Shown here: piece after piece, positions 13,077 to 26,673 of the stretch | Layout of the letters: each line of letters begins with the position of its first letter | Numbering within the stretch: the stretch's first letter is position 1 | Assembly (NCBI GenBank): GCA_951406725.2 | Contig: OX597823.1 | Span: 105,214,001-105,278,000 of the forward strand | Direction of reading: 5' to 3' | DNA length: 64,000 nucleotides | Source of the DNA: Octopus vulgaris | Taxonomy: Eukaryota | The notes under the pieces: model-generated | Seen by the model: only the letters and a program-made list of their open reading frames with translations | Told to the model about the DNA's origin: nothing | Database searches by the model: none | Translations under genes and position numbers: made by a program

Positions 13077-14904
13077 TAATAATAATAATAATAATAATCC
13101 CTTTTACTAAAGGCACAAGGCCTGAAATTATGGGAGAGAGGACTAGTCGAATACATTGTCTCCAGTGTTCCACTGGTACTTAATTTGTCAGCCCTGAAAG
13201 AATGACAGGCAAAATTGATCTCATACTTTCGGGGTCAAAGCAGGCCAACGATTGGTATCCGATCATTACAAGGCTTTAATATATTTGAACATTGATAAAA
13301 CTTGAGGATGAGAGAATACATTGCTACTATAATGTCTTCCAGTTGCTGCTGGGAAATACACCATCTGCCCATGTATTCTTGAAACAGCTGTAAGGGACTA
13401 TCTGTATGCCTTCCACCTTCTTCTCATTCAGCCTTGGATTGTACCTATGATGACCAGCTTTATCTAATACCAATAGTTCTGGCTTACCATATAAGTGTTC
13501 CAGGAGAAAATCAGCATATACGTGCCATCTTTTATTGACCTCTTGTGTTCCAAACTCCTGCAACATTCTTTTCTACTTTCAGTTTTGCTCAATGTTTAAA
13601 TATATAAAAGTTATAATCTGATCTGATACCAACTGGTTGCCTGTTTATACTTTCGTTCTGTTACACACATACCTGATCAATAGAAACACTATGTATAGCC
13701 AATCTTCATTAGACTGCTACCTGAATTTTATGTATATATGTTTGTTTGTATGTATGTATGTGTGTATGTAAGTATGTATGTCGTCCGTCCATCCATCCAT
13801 CCATCTACGTGTCTGTCTATCTATCTATCTATCTATCTATCTATTTATCTATCTATTTACTTCATCTCCATCATTTTACATCTGCTTTCTTCATTGGCAT
13901 GGGTCAGATGAGTTACCATCATCTAAGTCATTATTGGGAACTATTGGAAGCTAGTTCTCTTAAAGACTGGAGTCTGTACATGTCATTAGACATGGAACTA
14001 GAAGGTGGTCTAGTGCAGCACCTTATAAGAGGGCTTTGTGAAGGACAAGAAGAGGGTTGAGAGTGACCCAGTTTAGCCTCTTGTATACAGGCCACGTGGA
14101 AGGTGTGAGTGTCAGAATGAAATGATATGGATGGTATAGTTAGCACAGGTATTGAAGATGTATGAGTGATAAGGAGAAAAGATACTGGGAGTGGGGGTGA
14201 ACAATAGGGATATGAGATGGGGTAAGGATGCAAAGTAAAGGCACAGCAAACATAGGGTAGGTAGAGGACAAAAAGCAAAAAACAAAATCCCAAAAAGACA
14301 CCCTTGTGTCATATCATGAGTGAATGGGGGCTTCTGCTGCACTGTGTTATCACCTCCTCTATCATCTCAGTGAAATGGGAAATAAGTTGGATGGCTTGAC
14401 TGGATTCAGTGAACCTAAGGGCTGCATCATACTGTGGTGTCTGCTTTGATGGGATTTCTTATAGTCGGTTGCTCTCCCTAATGCCAACCACTTTACAATG
14501 TGTACTAGGTGCTTTTGTCATCCTACAGGCACTAAGTACAGTTGCCAAGTAACTTACAAGAAAGGAAAGAACAAGAAAAAGGAAACAAAAGTGAGGGAGA
14601 AGACAAAGCCCTCTTGACTAGGTTGGGGAAGTATTTGCAAGAGTGGAGAGGTGATTTCATACTAAGGACAAGCTGAAACAAGTAGAGGTTGAGATATTTT
14701 GCTATAGAGAAAATACACGGCTCCCTACATTTATAAATGGGTATGTGGGAGTATCTGGTAAAGCTGGTAAGATGATAGTGATGGGGTGCCAAAGCAAAAC
14801 CCCTAAGAAGCAAGAGATACAAACAGTGGATTAGGTAGTTATAATAGCTTGAGGGTCGAGTACCAGATGGGGATAATGTATAACATACATACATACACAC
14901 ATGT

Positions 14905-15710
14905 GCATGGAAGGCCCCTTTTCCAAAATTCACTTGTCTGTGACGAAAAATACTCCTCCAGTACTGTTCTGACCTCATCTACAGAATTCATATTTTTTCC
15001 CTCCAAATGATTTTGAAAACTGCTGAATAAATGATAATCGGATGGGGCAATGTCCAGTGAATATGGTGGGTAGGGGATCGTTTCCCATTCAACTGCTCCA
15101 GCCTTTGGAATGTCATCCCCACTGTATGTTGCTGAGCATTATCCTGATGGAATAACACCTTTCACCTTGAAACCAAAGGTTGTCATTTTACTTCTAGGGC
15201 TGACTTAAGCCACTCAAGTCACTCACAGTAAATCTCCTTTGTTATAGTTTGGTTTGGGTTTAAAAGTTCAAAGTGAACTAAACCTTTTATATCCTATCTA
15301 AAAAATAACAACACCTTACCTGGGTTAAGGCCTTCTTTGGCTTGTGGTGCCAGTGTTTCTCCTTTCCCTACCCACTGTCTTTGGCACTTGACATTTTTAT
15401 AGGGAACCCATTTCGCGTCATCAGCCACTATGCGGTCCAAAAAAGGTTCATTTGTGAGCCGTGACTGCAAAGAAGAGCACACATTCACTTTCTGCATGCA
15501 ATTAGACTCAGGAAGTTTGTGAAGAATCCATTGACTCCATTGGCTGACATGTAGGTGTTGATTAATGGTTGAGTGACCAAATCCAAGTTTCTCTGCTAGT
15601 TCCCCAGCAGTTATGATGGAATTTTGTTCCACCAGGGTTTGCAGGATGCCCTCGTTGAGCTCTACAGATTTTTCCAGACAAAGCTCATCGTTCTGATAGT
15701 GATTCTGCAA
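14905..15710 (-). mobile_element. Degenerate mariner transposase (same family as 46326-46745)
   Basis: ELAEKLGFGHSTI, QWILHKL, EPFLDRIVADDAKWVPYKN, PPYSLDIAPSDYHLF and LEEYFSSQTSEFWKRG. Nucleotide overlap with 46680-46740. Confidence 0.9.
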
Positions 15711-16819
15711 TAGACACCACAGATACTCAGAAAACAGATTCCATCACACTCCAAGGGGAGAAACTAGAAGTAGTTGATAGTTTCTGCTACCTAGTTAGTA
15801 GTGGAGGTGGATGCTCAGAGAGTGTCACCACTAGAATACGAATAGCCTGGGCAAAGTTTAGAAAGCTCCTACCCCTACTGGTGACAAAGGGTCTCTCGCT
15901 CAGAGTGAAAGGTAGATTGTATGATGCATGTGTGCGAACCGCCATGCTTCATGGTAGTGAAACATGGGCTGTGACTGCAGAGGACATATGTAGACTTGAA
16001 AGAAATGAAGCTAGCATGATCCGCTGGATGTGTAATGTCAGTGTGCATGCACGATAGAGTGTAAGCACCCTGAGAGAAATGCTGGACATAAGAAGCATCA
16101 GATGTGGTGTGCAAGAGCGACGCTTGCGATGGTATGGTCATATACTGCGGATGGATGAGGAGAGATGTGTGAAGAAGTGCCACTCCCAAACAGTTGAAGG
16201 TATCAGGTATCAGTTGAAGGTATCAGGGGGAGAAGTAGACCCAGAAAGATATGGGATGAGGTAGTCAAGCATGACCTCCGAGCGGTGGGCCTCACAGAAG
16301 CAATGACGAAGGACCGAGATCTCTGGAGATATGCTGTGACTGCAAAGACCCGAGCAGCTTCCTGCACCAGTTTTGCATAGCCCCAGCCCATTCAAAGTAC
16401 TTTGGATTGCAGAACGACCTGCTGTGCTTACCTTGGATCGTAGAGTCAAGTACATCAATATCAAAATAAATATCAAATGGAAATAGTAGTTGTGACACCT
16501 GTGCCGGTGGCACATAAAGAGCACCATCTGAACATGGCCGATGCCAGTGCTGCCTTGACTGGCTTCTGTGCCAGTGACACGTAAGAAGCACCAACTGATC
16601 ATGGCCGCTGCCAGCCTCTCCTGGCACCTGTACCAATGGCATATAAAAAGCACTCACTACACTCACGAAGTGGTTGGCGTTAGGAAGGGCATCCTGCTGT
16701 AGAAACACTGCCAAATCAGACTGGAGCCTGGTGCAACCTCCTGGCTTCCCAGACCCCAGTCGAACCGTCCAACCCATGCTAGCACGGATAATGGACGTTA
16801 AACGATGATGATGATGATG

Positions 16820-16820
<1 letters not shown>
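15711..16820 (+). mobile_element. 5'-truncated RTE-clade LINE (end of RT ORF, 3' UTR and (GAT)n tail)
   Basis: EKLEVVDSFCYL, RIRIAWAKFRKLLPLL, VKGRLYDACVRTAMLHGSETW and RRLRWYGHILRM, followed by a 3' UTR ending (GAT)n. Confidence 0.9.
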
Positions 16821-16850
<30 letters not shown>

Positions 16851-16904
16851 TGTGTGTGTGTTGTGTGTGTGTTGTGTGTGTGTATATATATGCATCTGTG
16901 TGAA

Positions 16905-17238
16905 GGTGCATGGCTCAGTGGTTAGAGCGTCAAGCTTACGATTGTGACGTTGTGAGCTCGAATCCCGGATTGAGCCGCGTGTTGTGTTCTTGAGCAAGAC
17001 ACTTTATTTCACATTGCTCCAGTTCACTCAGCTGTAGAAATGAGTTGCAACGTCACAAGTGCCAAGCTGTATCGGCCTTTGCCTTTCCCTTGGATAACAT
17101 CAGTGGTGTGGAGAGGGGAGGCCAGTTTGCACGGGCGACTGCTGATCTTCCATAAACAACCTTGCACGGACTTGTACCTGGGAGAGTAATTTTCTAGGTG
17201 CAATCCCATAGTCTGTGTCATGACCGAATGGGGTCTCA
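16905..17238 (+). mobile_element. tRNA-derived SINE with CORE-like centre (family E)
   Basis: Head TGGCTCAGTGGTTAGAGCG...GAGCTCGAATCCC (A- and B-box-like) followed by TTCTTGAGCAAGACACTT. A related minus-strand copy lies near 52170-52380. Confidence 0.75.
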
Positions 17239-18042
17239 GATATGCATCTGTGCTAGTGGCACATAAAAAATACTTTTTGAACACTGGGTTTCATGAAAGC
17301 AATGACAAATGATCGTGACCTTTGCCAATGTGCCATGCCTGACCCATCGAGCCATGTAAAAATATATTTATATCTTGATATTGTCTCAATATCAAAGGAG
17401 CTATGTCTGGCCACTTGAAAAAAGAAAATAAAGAATTCAATGATAAGTCTGAGAGTGAATAAACATTCAACCAACAAAATACATAACATTCTATGTTTCT
17501 CAAAGCATTAAAAAAAATCTATTTTTAATATTTTTAATATTGTTTGGAAATATTTTTGAAATATTTTTGTTTTATATTATATTGTTAGCACTTTATAGAC
17601 TTGTCATGTCATGTGGTGTCATGTTACTGAAGACTGTGTCTTTGGATTAAGCTATTTACTCGAGTCGTTTTCTTGACTTCAAATGAATTTCTTAGAAACT
17701 TGATTTATATTGCAGTTAAAAAAATCACAGCATGATAAAAATAAAAACATGACCCCCACCCAGGGAATCTTTTTAATATTCTATTTTCCTACAGGCATCT
17801 TTTATTTTTTACCTGTTTTACCAGAGCTCCACCTTGAAGGGTTTTGCTGATTAAATCAAATCCAATACTTATTTTTTTCTATGTCTGGTACTTATTCTAT
17901 CAGTGTGCTTTGCTAGATTACAGGAGCATAAACAAGTGGGTTGCTTCCCAATCATAAAGTTCTGGGTTCAATCCCACTGCATGACACCTTGAGCAAAGCC
18001 TTGTGAGTGGATTTGGTAGATCGAAACTGTAGAAGCCCTTCA

Positions 18043-18075
<33 letters not shown>

Positions 18076-18389
18076 GCGTGTATGCACATGTACGAGTCTC
18101 ATCACTACTTGGCAACTGATGGTGTGTTTACGTTCTTGTAACTTGGCAGTTTGGCAAAAGAGACCAATCGAATAAGTACTAGGCTTAAAAAATAAATAAG
18201 TACAGGAATCAATTGATTTGACATATATATATATACCTCCCTGCAACCTGAGTATCCACCTCATCACATCTTTACCATCTTCTTTCTCCCCTCTCTTTAT
18301 TCTCTCCTACTGAGGTAAACATGAATCTTCTCTACTTCAAGACATCTATTTCTGCTCCTTTATTCATACTCTAATCTCTTGAGTAGATA

Positions 18390-18930
18390 GAATTTGAACT
18401 CAGAATGTAAAGACAAACGAAATGGCGCTAAGCATTTTGCCCAGCACAGTAACAATTCTGCCTGCTTATTTCTTTATTGCCCACAAGGGGCTAAACATAG
18501 AAGGGGCAAACAAGGACAGACAAAGGGATTAAGTCGATTACATCGACCTCAGTTCGTAACTGGTACTTATTTAATCGTCCCTGGAAAGATGAAAGGCAAA
18601 GTCGACCTTGGTGGAATTTGAACTCAGAACGTAATGGCAGATGAAATACCGCTCAGCACTTCGCCTGGTGTGCTAATGTTTCTGCCTGCTTGCCACCTTA
18701 ATCACTCTACATACTGATTTCAAATTTTGGCACAAGGCCAGTAATTTCAGAGCAGGGGGTAAGTCGATTACATCAACCCCAGTATTCAACTGGTACTTAT
18801 TTAATCGACCCTGAAAGGATGAAAGGCAAAGTTGACCCTGGTGGTGTTTGAACTAAGAACGTAAAAACGGACTAAATACTGCTTAGCATCATTCATGGTG
18901 TGCTAACGATTCTGCCATTTTGCTGCCTTA
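18390..18930 (-). mobile_element. Cluster of SINE family A copies
   Basis: Repeated GAAAGGATGAAAGGCAAAGTCGACC...GAATTTGAACTCAG motif, the reverse complement of 26410-26643. Confidence 0.85.
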
Positions 18931-19247
18931 ATCACTCTACATATTGGTTGATGCTCTTTACTTCTAGGTTGGTTTTGCTTGAGCTGATCTCTGGTCAAAA
19001 CATATCGTCTATGACCATCAAGTCTATTTTTGTGCCTGTCTACTTAGTAAGGCAATGTAGCACAGCATGAAGACGATTTGGATGCTATTTTGAGTGACTG
19101 CATAAGAGGCTCCCTCACTATTTTATTATGCTGTTTTCGACAAATCTGATACCTCATGAAATCATTTCAGTTGAACTGAGAGTTAAATTAAGATTTTAAT
19201 CTAAATATAAACACTTTAATACAAGCAGTTTCAGATGTATCATCATT

Positions 19248-19562
19248 AAAAACAAAGCCACACAGCTCCCATGACTTTCGGAAACATTTTTTCACGCTAA
19301 GAGTTGCTGAAGCATGGAACAAACTGCTGGCATCAGTTGTTAGTTGTTGGAGCACTGCATCCTTCAAAACTTCCATGCTTCCTGAGATTCGCCAACACTA
19401 CACCTGATTTTCTGGCCTCCATACACACGCAAGCATGTATCTGACTCATACACTGTTCGCTCTCCAGACATTTGTACATTACTGCATATACTTTATACAC
19501 ACTTTTGACAAGTTGTGGTGCACCTGAGCACTGTATTCAATAATTTCATTATTATTATTATA
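19248..19562 (+). mobile_element. CR1/L2-group LINE 3' end with (ATT)n tail
   Basis: HDFRKHFFTLRVAEAWNKL...TASFKTSML. Nearly identical to 35635-35937. Confidence 0.85.
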
Positions 19563-19599
19563 ATAAAATAGTTGTAAAATAAAAGAGCTTTTTTTTTCA

Positions 19600-20900
19600 C
19601 GATTCTGTCAGTTGAATTCCCAATATATAGTTTTGATTCCTGGTTGAAGCCAGCTTGAGCATTTCTTTCACACTGTTAATGTCTTTAAGAAAGATACGAC
19701 TATTCACCTTCCTTATAAATTTTTGGTCTCATTCATATTTGTGGTGATTCCTTTTATACATGCAACATTCAAAGTCCAAATATAGACTCTGTTTCTTATT
19801 CTTTATTGCAGTCCTTCTGCTTATAACCACACTTCATTTCATACCAAGACCAGTATATTTAAACTAATTCTCCTCGATTTGCTGAAGCCACTGCTAAGAC
19901 TTCCAGTGCATTCTGATGCCTTTCAAAATAATCATTCTCGTCAAGTATTTATAAATCCAATCAATAGATGATGGACTGTTTAATCTCACTTCCATCCGTG
20001 GCTTGCACTTGTTTGATTTCACTTTCATCCCGCTTAACAACCTTCCAAGAAATTCAAGTTGCAGCTTAAATATCCACAGGATTTTCTATATTTAAACAAC
20101 TTGCTACTTCATATAATTTGTTATCATTTTATCTTTATACTGATTAAACTTAGTTTAAGAGGAATTATTATTTTTTTTGCTATGTATTTTTTTTTTAATA
20201 TTTAATATTATTTAAAAAAAATATTTTATATATATATATATATATTTCCTGGTGTAATTTATTCTTTCTATACATTCATTCTGTCTCTATTCTAATTATC
20301 CATCACTAAACATCTCTACTTCTCCATTGTATCTTACAGTTCTCTTTTCAGAACAGTAGTCCAATATTCCTCCTCTTCCTCCTCTTCTTCCTCTTCTCTT
20401 TCTCTCTCTCTCAATCCTTATTTATCCTCATCATATAACATATTACTTAGCAGTTATTCCTTCACACACACACACACATTCTTCGTACTCTAGCAACCTC
20501 TGCTTCTAGCTTCCATTGTCATGAATATTTCATCAGTTGTTTGCCGAAACAGAAATTCTTCAGGCAAACGCTTTTAACGATTCTTTCCAGCTTTGTCAAA
20601 AAGAACCACATTCATCTCTAATTTCTGTCAATGGATCTAGTCTATAGTTTATCACAAAAATTTGCCACATAATCCCAGCTTGAACATTAGACACCTGAGT
20701 TTTCATTCAGGTTTCAAGTTCACCTAAAACCCTTGTGACTATTTCGTCGTCTAACTTCTCATTCATATTGCTTACAACCAAAATATCTGTAGACTTCCAT
20801 TTTGTCTGTTTGAGAGTAACTCCAGATGTACCTTTTTCCCCATTTTCCTTCTTACAGTGACAATCTCTGCTCATTTTCTGACAGCTTAGCATACTTCAAG
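19600..20900 (-). mobile_element. Highly decayed LINE remnant, probably R4/Dong-like
   Basis: Fragments LTKLERIVK and RQTTDEIFMTMEARSRG resemble the R4-type 'LDR...SDVERLYLPR.EGGRGL' region. Many stops. Confidence 0.4.
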
Positions 20901-22156
20901 AACATGGCAAGAGTGTAGCAACCACTTAGCTGATATTACAGCATATCTCAGTATCATGGTTAGCTCACACTGTATTCTGAATAGCTACTTCTGTCCTGGC
21001 ATCAGGCCATGCTCTTGTTTCATGGTTAGCTTGCACTATAAATTTTAGTCTCTTCGTGTGGAGAATGCTTACAGATCCTCAATGAATGAAGGTGCTAATG
21101 GTGATAGATCTGTCTCCAAGTGGCTCCCCTCTATACTGTGGAATTCCAACTGATACAAGCCAACAATGGGTCTCTTCACGGTTGCATGGCCTGCTAAAAA
21201 TAGCAATTAAATACCCCTCAAACAACATATCACTATTTTGAAAAGGAAAGGACATTGTAGACAATATAAACCTAAATCCCTTTAAAAAAGACAGGATGGT
21301 CATGGCTGGAATGATTTTGACAATAGGCCTGTTCAATTAGGGCTGATCTGAGTTTGAGCTATCAGGATTGATCTGGGGTTCAACGATTTGGGTTGATCTG
21401 AATGATTCAAGAATGTTCTGGAGGAGTGAGCTGTGCCTGGTCAAACATGGTCAATCAGCGTTGATCTGGGATTGATCAGTCATAATTGGTCTGGAGCTGA
21501 TCAATAAGAATTGATCTTGATCTGAATGCTCAGAGTTGACCACGTACTAATTAACTATAACTGGACATAAAGTGTCCCTTTGCAGAAGTCTTTGGCTCCT
21601 ACAGATCCAGTAGATTGTTGTCAAACATTTGTTCACCCAACAACTGTCTATCAAAAACACCCCCCACCCACCCCCACACACAAACGTGCACACACAAACG
21701 TGCACACACATACACACACACACGTACATGAACACACACATACATATGTGTATATGAACATATATACACATACACGAACAAACAAGTGTGAATGCAGATG
21801 TACACACGAACAACATTCCTTTCCTCTTTGTTCCACTCTGTTTCTCACATATACACCCTCCACACGCACATACACACACACCCCCAAACACATCAAAACT
21901 CATAATAAATTCTATATTTATTAAAAATTTCCAAAGTTCACATGCTAGTTGTCCTTTTCATTATGGTATTTCATATCTCTGAATTTGCCTATGTTGTTCA
22001 AATACATTATGTTGAACAGTCAGTTATTTCTCTAAGATCATTCTTGTTTAAATTTTACAGACTACCTACAACATAAATGTGTTCTACTCTTTTCCTATAA
22101 GTCTAACTCCCTTGGCTACAGGAGAAGAAAGCTGAACAGCTATTAGACTGATGATA

Positions 22157-22377
22157 CCTATTTCTTTATTGCCCACAAGTGGCTAAACATAGAGGGGACA
22201 AACAAGGACAGACATAGGTATTATGTTGATTACATCGACCCCAGTGCGTAACTGGTGCTTAATTTATCGACCCCGAAAGGATGAAAGGCAAAGTCGACCT
22301 CGGCGGAATTTGAACTCACAACGTAACGGCAGACGAAGTACCGCAAAGCATTTCGCCCCGTGTGCTAACGCTTCTGC
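22157..22377 (-). mobile_element. SINE family A
   Basis: Near-complete reverse complement of 26410-26643. Confidence 0.9.
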
Positions 22378-22419
22378 TATGACTGTTCTCTTATCTCTAT
22401 ACAATAAACCTGTCCTTAA

Positions 22420-22641
22420 CCCATTCATTACTGTATTTATTTTGAGATGCTCTGTGTTTCTTTTTCAGTTACTTTAAATATAACAAAGACTTTAGTAAAA
22501 TAACTTAGTTATCATTCAGCTAGTATTAGGAACATAAATTGTGACTAAGGTTTGGTGGAAGATTTTTATTCAAAATTTGTGAAAACAAGACATTTGTAGT
22601 CAGAGCCAGAGCCGATTTCAGCCGGGTTGGTAACGAAAGGG
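22420..22641. mobile_element. piggyBac-type MITE
   Basis: TTAA on both sides. TIRs CCCATTCATTAC / GTAACGAAAGGG. No ORF. Confidence 0.8.
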
Positions 22642-23451
22642 TTAATAGCAAGTCAACTTTGGAAAATTATTCATCTTTGAGATTGTCTCTTCATCTCATT
22701 TGGAGCTGATCTTAATTGCCATCTAGTAATTACAGCACATCCTCAAGAGGCAGACATAATTTTAATAAATCAAGCATTTATGTTGTATGGCATTTGATAT
22801 ACTTATATTTATCTGAACTGTTCAAATGTATGCCACTGGCCATTGAGTTATTTCTCTTAGCTTGTTATGAGATCAGCTGTTCTGACATATCATTACTCCT
22901 CCTAGTACCATCTCTTACTGACCAAGAAAATTAATTCTGGCTTATACAAATATAAAACATGCTTAAAACCCAATATGTCAATTACCTTATTAATATTATC
23001 CTTCAGTTGCAGATTGTAATTTTCCAGACAATCAACCTCAGTGCTGATATTTTGGGGTTTTATTCTGTTTCTTGGTCACCGAAATTTACAGTCACATTTC
23101 AGTATCTCAAACACACTTGTGATCAAAGACATTCCAGCCTTGACCATCCCATCTTTTTTTCATAAAATGTTTACTCAGGAGTGGCTGTATAGTAAAGAAA
23201 CTTGTTCCCCAGCTATGTGGTCTTGTGCTTAGTTCCGCTTGTGTGGTACCTTGGGCAAATGTCTTCAACTATTGCCCTAGACTAACCAAAACTCTCAGAA
23301 TGGATTGGTAGGCAAAAATTGAAAGAAGCTTGTCATATATATAGGAAGAGAGGTTATAGGACACTGGTCATTAAGGTATGACAAGATATATGTAAAGCCA
23401 AGTCCTTTATGGATGCAAAACCCTGGAAAACCTTATGAACTAGCCATAACT

Positions 23452-23641
23452 ATCATCATCATCGTTTAACGTCCGCTTTCCATGCTAGCATGGGTTGGAT
23501 GATTTTGACTGAGGGGTGGTGAACCAGATGGCTGCACCAGGCTCCAATCTTGATTTGGCAGAGTTTCTACAGCTGGATGCCCTTCCTAATACCAACTGCT
23601 TCGAGAGTGTAGTGCCACTCCGAGAGTGTAGTGACCACTCC

Positions 23642-23682
<41 letters not shown>

Positions 23683-23888
23683 TCATCATCATCATCATCG
23701 TTTAACGTCCGTTCTCCATGCTAGCATGGGTTGGATGGTTTGACCGGGGATCTGGGAAGCCAGAAGGCTGCACCAGGCTTCAATCTGATCTGGCAGTGTT
23801 TCTACAGCTGGATGCCCTTCCTAACGCCAACCACTCCGTGAGTGTAGTGGGTGCTTTTTACGTGCCACCTGCACATACACGTGCCACC

Positions 23889-23890
<2 letters not shown>
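23452..23890 (-). mobile_element. Two RTE 3'-tail fragments from two subfamilies
   Basis: (CAT)n-CGTTTAACGTCCG...CCATGCTAGCATGGGTTGG at about 23452 and 23681. Confidence 0.85.
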
Positions 23891-23922
<32 letters not shown>

Positions 23923-23967
23923 AAAGGCTTCTTTGTACACTCACACACACACTCATACATATGTATA

Positions 23968-24273
23968 TATATAAATTTATAATTAAGGGTACAAGCATTG
24001 CTAGAGATAAGAGTAAAAAATACTCAAATAAGTCACAATATCACTGAAAATTTAATAAACTGACAAAATCGAGGAGGGTTTATCTGGGTATATCTGCAAA
24101 TTCATTTGCATCTTTCCCCTGCAAAGGTAGGTTTTTGGGGGGTTTTTTTACATGCTCTTCGATTTTGTTAGCTTGTTAAATTTTCAGTGATATTGTGGCT
24201 TATCTGAGTATTTCTCGACTCTTATTTCTAGCAACGCTGGAACTATCTTGTATCCTTAATTATAAATTTATAA
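23968..24273. repeat. Long inverted repeat (foldback or MITE-like)
   Basis: About 105-bp arms (23968-24075 against 24155-24273), e.g. CACAATATCACTGAAAATTTAA / TTAAATTTTCAGTGATATTGTG, with a spacer of about 80 bp. Confidence 0.85.
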
Positions 24274-24338
24274 ATTTTACCTTTTTGTGCTTTTTACCTT
24301 TTTATGCTTGCTAGCCACTTATATCATTATTATTCATT

Positions 24339-24388
<50 letters not shown>

Positions 24389-24429
24389 AAGAGGCTCATC
24401 CTATATTTTATATATATATATACACATAC

Positions 24430-24712
24430 TTCAGAGGTCCACAGCTCTTTAATATCCTGCCGAAGGACCTGAGAGACCTGCATGGTCTTTAAAATAAAGC
24501 TGGACCTCTTCCTGTCAGGTGTCCCAGATGAACCAACTTCACGGCAAGAGGTGCAGATGGGGGCAGCTGCATCAAACTCTCTCATGCACCAAATGTCAAT
24601 TGCTAAAAAGCATTCGTGAAGTAAAATCATGTAGCAACACCGAATGGCGGTGCCCCAGCATGGCCACAGCTTGTGAGCTGAAACTAGATAAAATAAAAAA
24701 TAAAATAAATAA
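24430..24712 (+). mobile_element. CR1-clade LINE 3' end
   Basis: FRGPQLFNILPKDLRDL...FKIKLDLFLSGVPDEP. The 3' UTR GGCGGTGCCCCAGCATGGCCACAG...CTGAAAC is shared with SINE family B tails. Confidence 0.85.
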
Positions 24713-24788
24713 ATACACACAACAGGCTTCTTTTTATATATACATATATAACAAAATTCTTTGCATGCATGTGTGTGTGTGTGTGTAT

Positions 24789-24830
<42 letters not shown>

Positions 24831-25057
24831 AGTCTTGTTTAGACATCACATGATGGTTATAAATGATCATCAACATCGAAACAAACAAATTTGTCTGTTA
24901 CCAGTCTTCCATGGAGAACATGTCTGGCCATGGGAAAATATTTCCTTACTTGGAAATGGATGAGGAGGTTGGTGTCAGGAAGGGAACGCAGCCATAGAAA
25001 ATCTGTCTCAACAAATTCTGTCTGACACCCATTTAAGCATGGAAAAGTGGCTGTTAA

Positions 25058-25091
<34 letters not shown>

Positions 25092-25907
25092 GTCTGCTCT
25101 GTCAGATCTGACTTAGGGCTATACAGCATCATCATCATCATAATATCAAAATATTATCAACAGGCTTCTCGTTAATATTGGCATATCCATTAATATCCAA
25201 TAAAACAGAACTGCAACAGGAGAATGGTATAAATTGACTATGGCTTGGAAATTTGCAATTTCAATTGAAAAAAATATTGTTGAGAAATTAAATAATTTAT
25301 TTATTGCTTCCTTGTTGTGAGGCAAACATCATTTGACAATCTATCTCTTTTAATTCTATATTAAATTAAATTTTACATCAATTTCATAACAACCCCTGTG
25401 TATAAGGAATACAATGTATGTTTGTGTGCATAAACATATATGTGTGTGTGTCCGTGTCTATGTGTGTGTGTGTCTATATGCATTTGTTCATATGTGTGCA
25501 TATATATTAAATATGTGTGTGTATGTATATGTATGTGTGTGTATGTATATGTGTGTGTGTATGTATGTGAATGTGTACATGTGTTTATATAATTATGTGT
25601 ATGTGTATACATCTATATGTATTTATATATGTTTACATTGGTATGTTTGTGTACATGTATGTGTGTACGTATGTTTGTTTGTTTGTTTGTGAGTGTGTAT
25701 GTGTGTGTATGTGTGTGTTTGTGTGTGTATGAATGAGTGATTTGGCCACAGAGAGTTCTTAATAAATTGGTTGGTTTGATTAATTACAGTGTTTACAATA
25801 TTAGAAATAACCAGAGTAAGATAAAATAAGATGATTATGGATCAGTTAACACCATTCTCTAGTTGAGGAAGTAGGGGAGACAACTTTAAACATTTCTGGA
25901 TTCTTAC

Positions 25908-25967
25908 CTCTCATCAGGGAAACTGTAAACTTTGCCATTGCTTGCTGGCCCTTGTCATAGAATAGTT
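25908..25967 (-). CDS. Candidate 60-nt exon (xLFYDKGQQAMAKFTVSLMR)
   Basis: Donor GAG|gtaaga, weak AAG acceptor and upstream CTAAC. Open and symmetric in phase 1. No homology recognised. Confidence 0.2.
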
Positions 25968-26409
25968 CTTTGTGAAATGATTGGAAAAGCTTACAATTCA
26001 GTTAGATTTTCTACAGCACCATTATCTTTGGCATCTTCACTTGCTCTCTCCCCTTGTGTGTAAAAAACACTTTTTGCTTTTAGACAGATAAAAGAACAAT
26101 AGACCCTTGGCAATAGTAGAACATATCTTTTGCTTGCCTGATAAATGTACAAATGTTATTTCAAAGCAGTTAACATTTTTATTAGATCCTTATTCAGTAA
26201 ATTTTGTAAAGTGATTAATATTATAAAGGGGCATTCAACCATGGAAATCATCTCAATATTGGAATGTATGATTGAAGAGTGACCTTCTGATCTACCTAGC
26301 AGAGCATCAACTCTGAATGGAATTTGGTTAGGACTGTGATCCTCATTATCATCATTGAAAGGGGATATTAATGATGGTTACGATGGTGGTGGTGGTGATG
26401 ATGGCAAAA

Positions 26410-26643
26410 AGGTGGTGAGCTGGCAGAAACGTTAGCATGCCAGGCGAAATGCTTAGCAGTATTTCGTCTGCCATTATGTTCTGAGTTCAAATTCCGCCGA
26501 GGTTGACTTTGCCTTCCATCCTTTCGGGATCGATAAATTAAACACCAGTTATGCATTGGGGTCGATATAATCGACTTAATCCGTTTGTCTGTCCTTGTTT
26601 GTCCCCTCTGTGTTTAGCCCCTTGTGGGTAGTAAAGAAATAGG
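26410..26643 (+). mobile_element. SINE family A, full length (reference copy)
   Basis: tRNA-like head GAGCTGGCAGAAACGTTAGC...GAGTTCAAATTCC, centre GACTTTGCCTTCCATCCTTTCGGG, tail GTAAAGAAATAGG. Confidence 0.9.
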
Positions 26644-26673
26644 TGGTAGTGATCATGATTATCATTAGCATAC

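Noticed and set aside
13327-13566. 79-aa ORF of ordinary composition
   Set aside because: No recognisable domain or splice context. More likely a decayed LINE end.
16905-16975. Functional tRNA gene
   Set aside because: Continues into a SINE body and the cloverleaf is broken.
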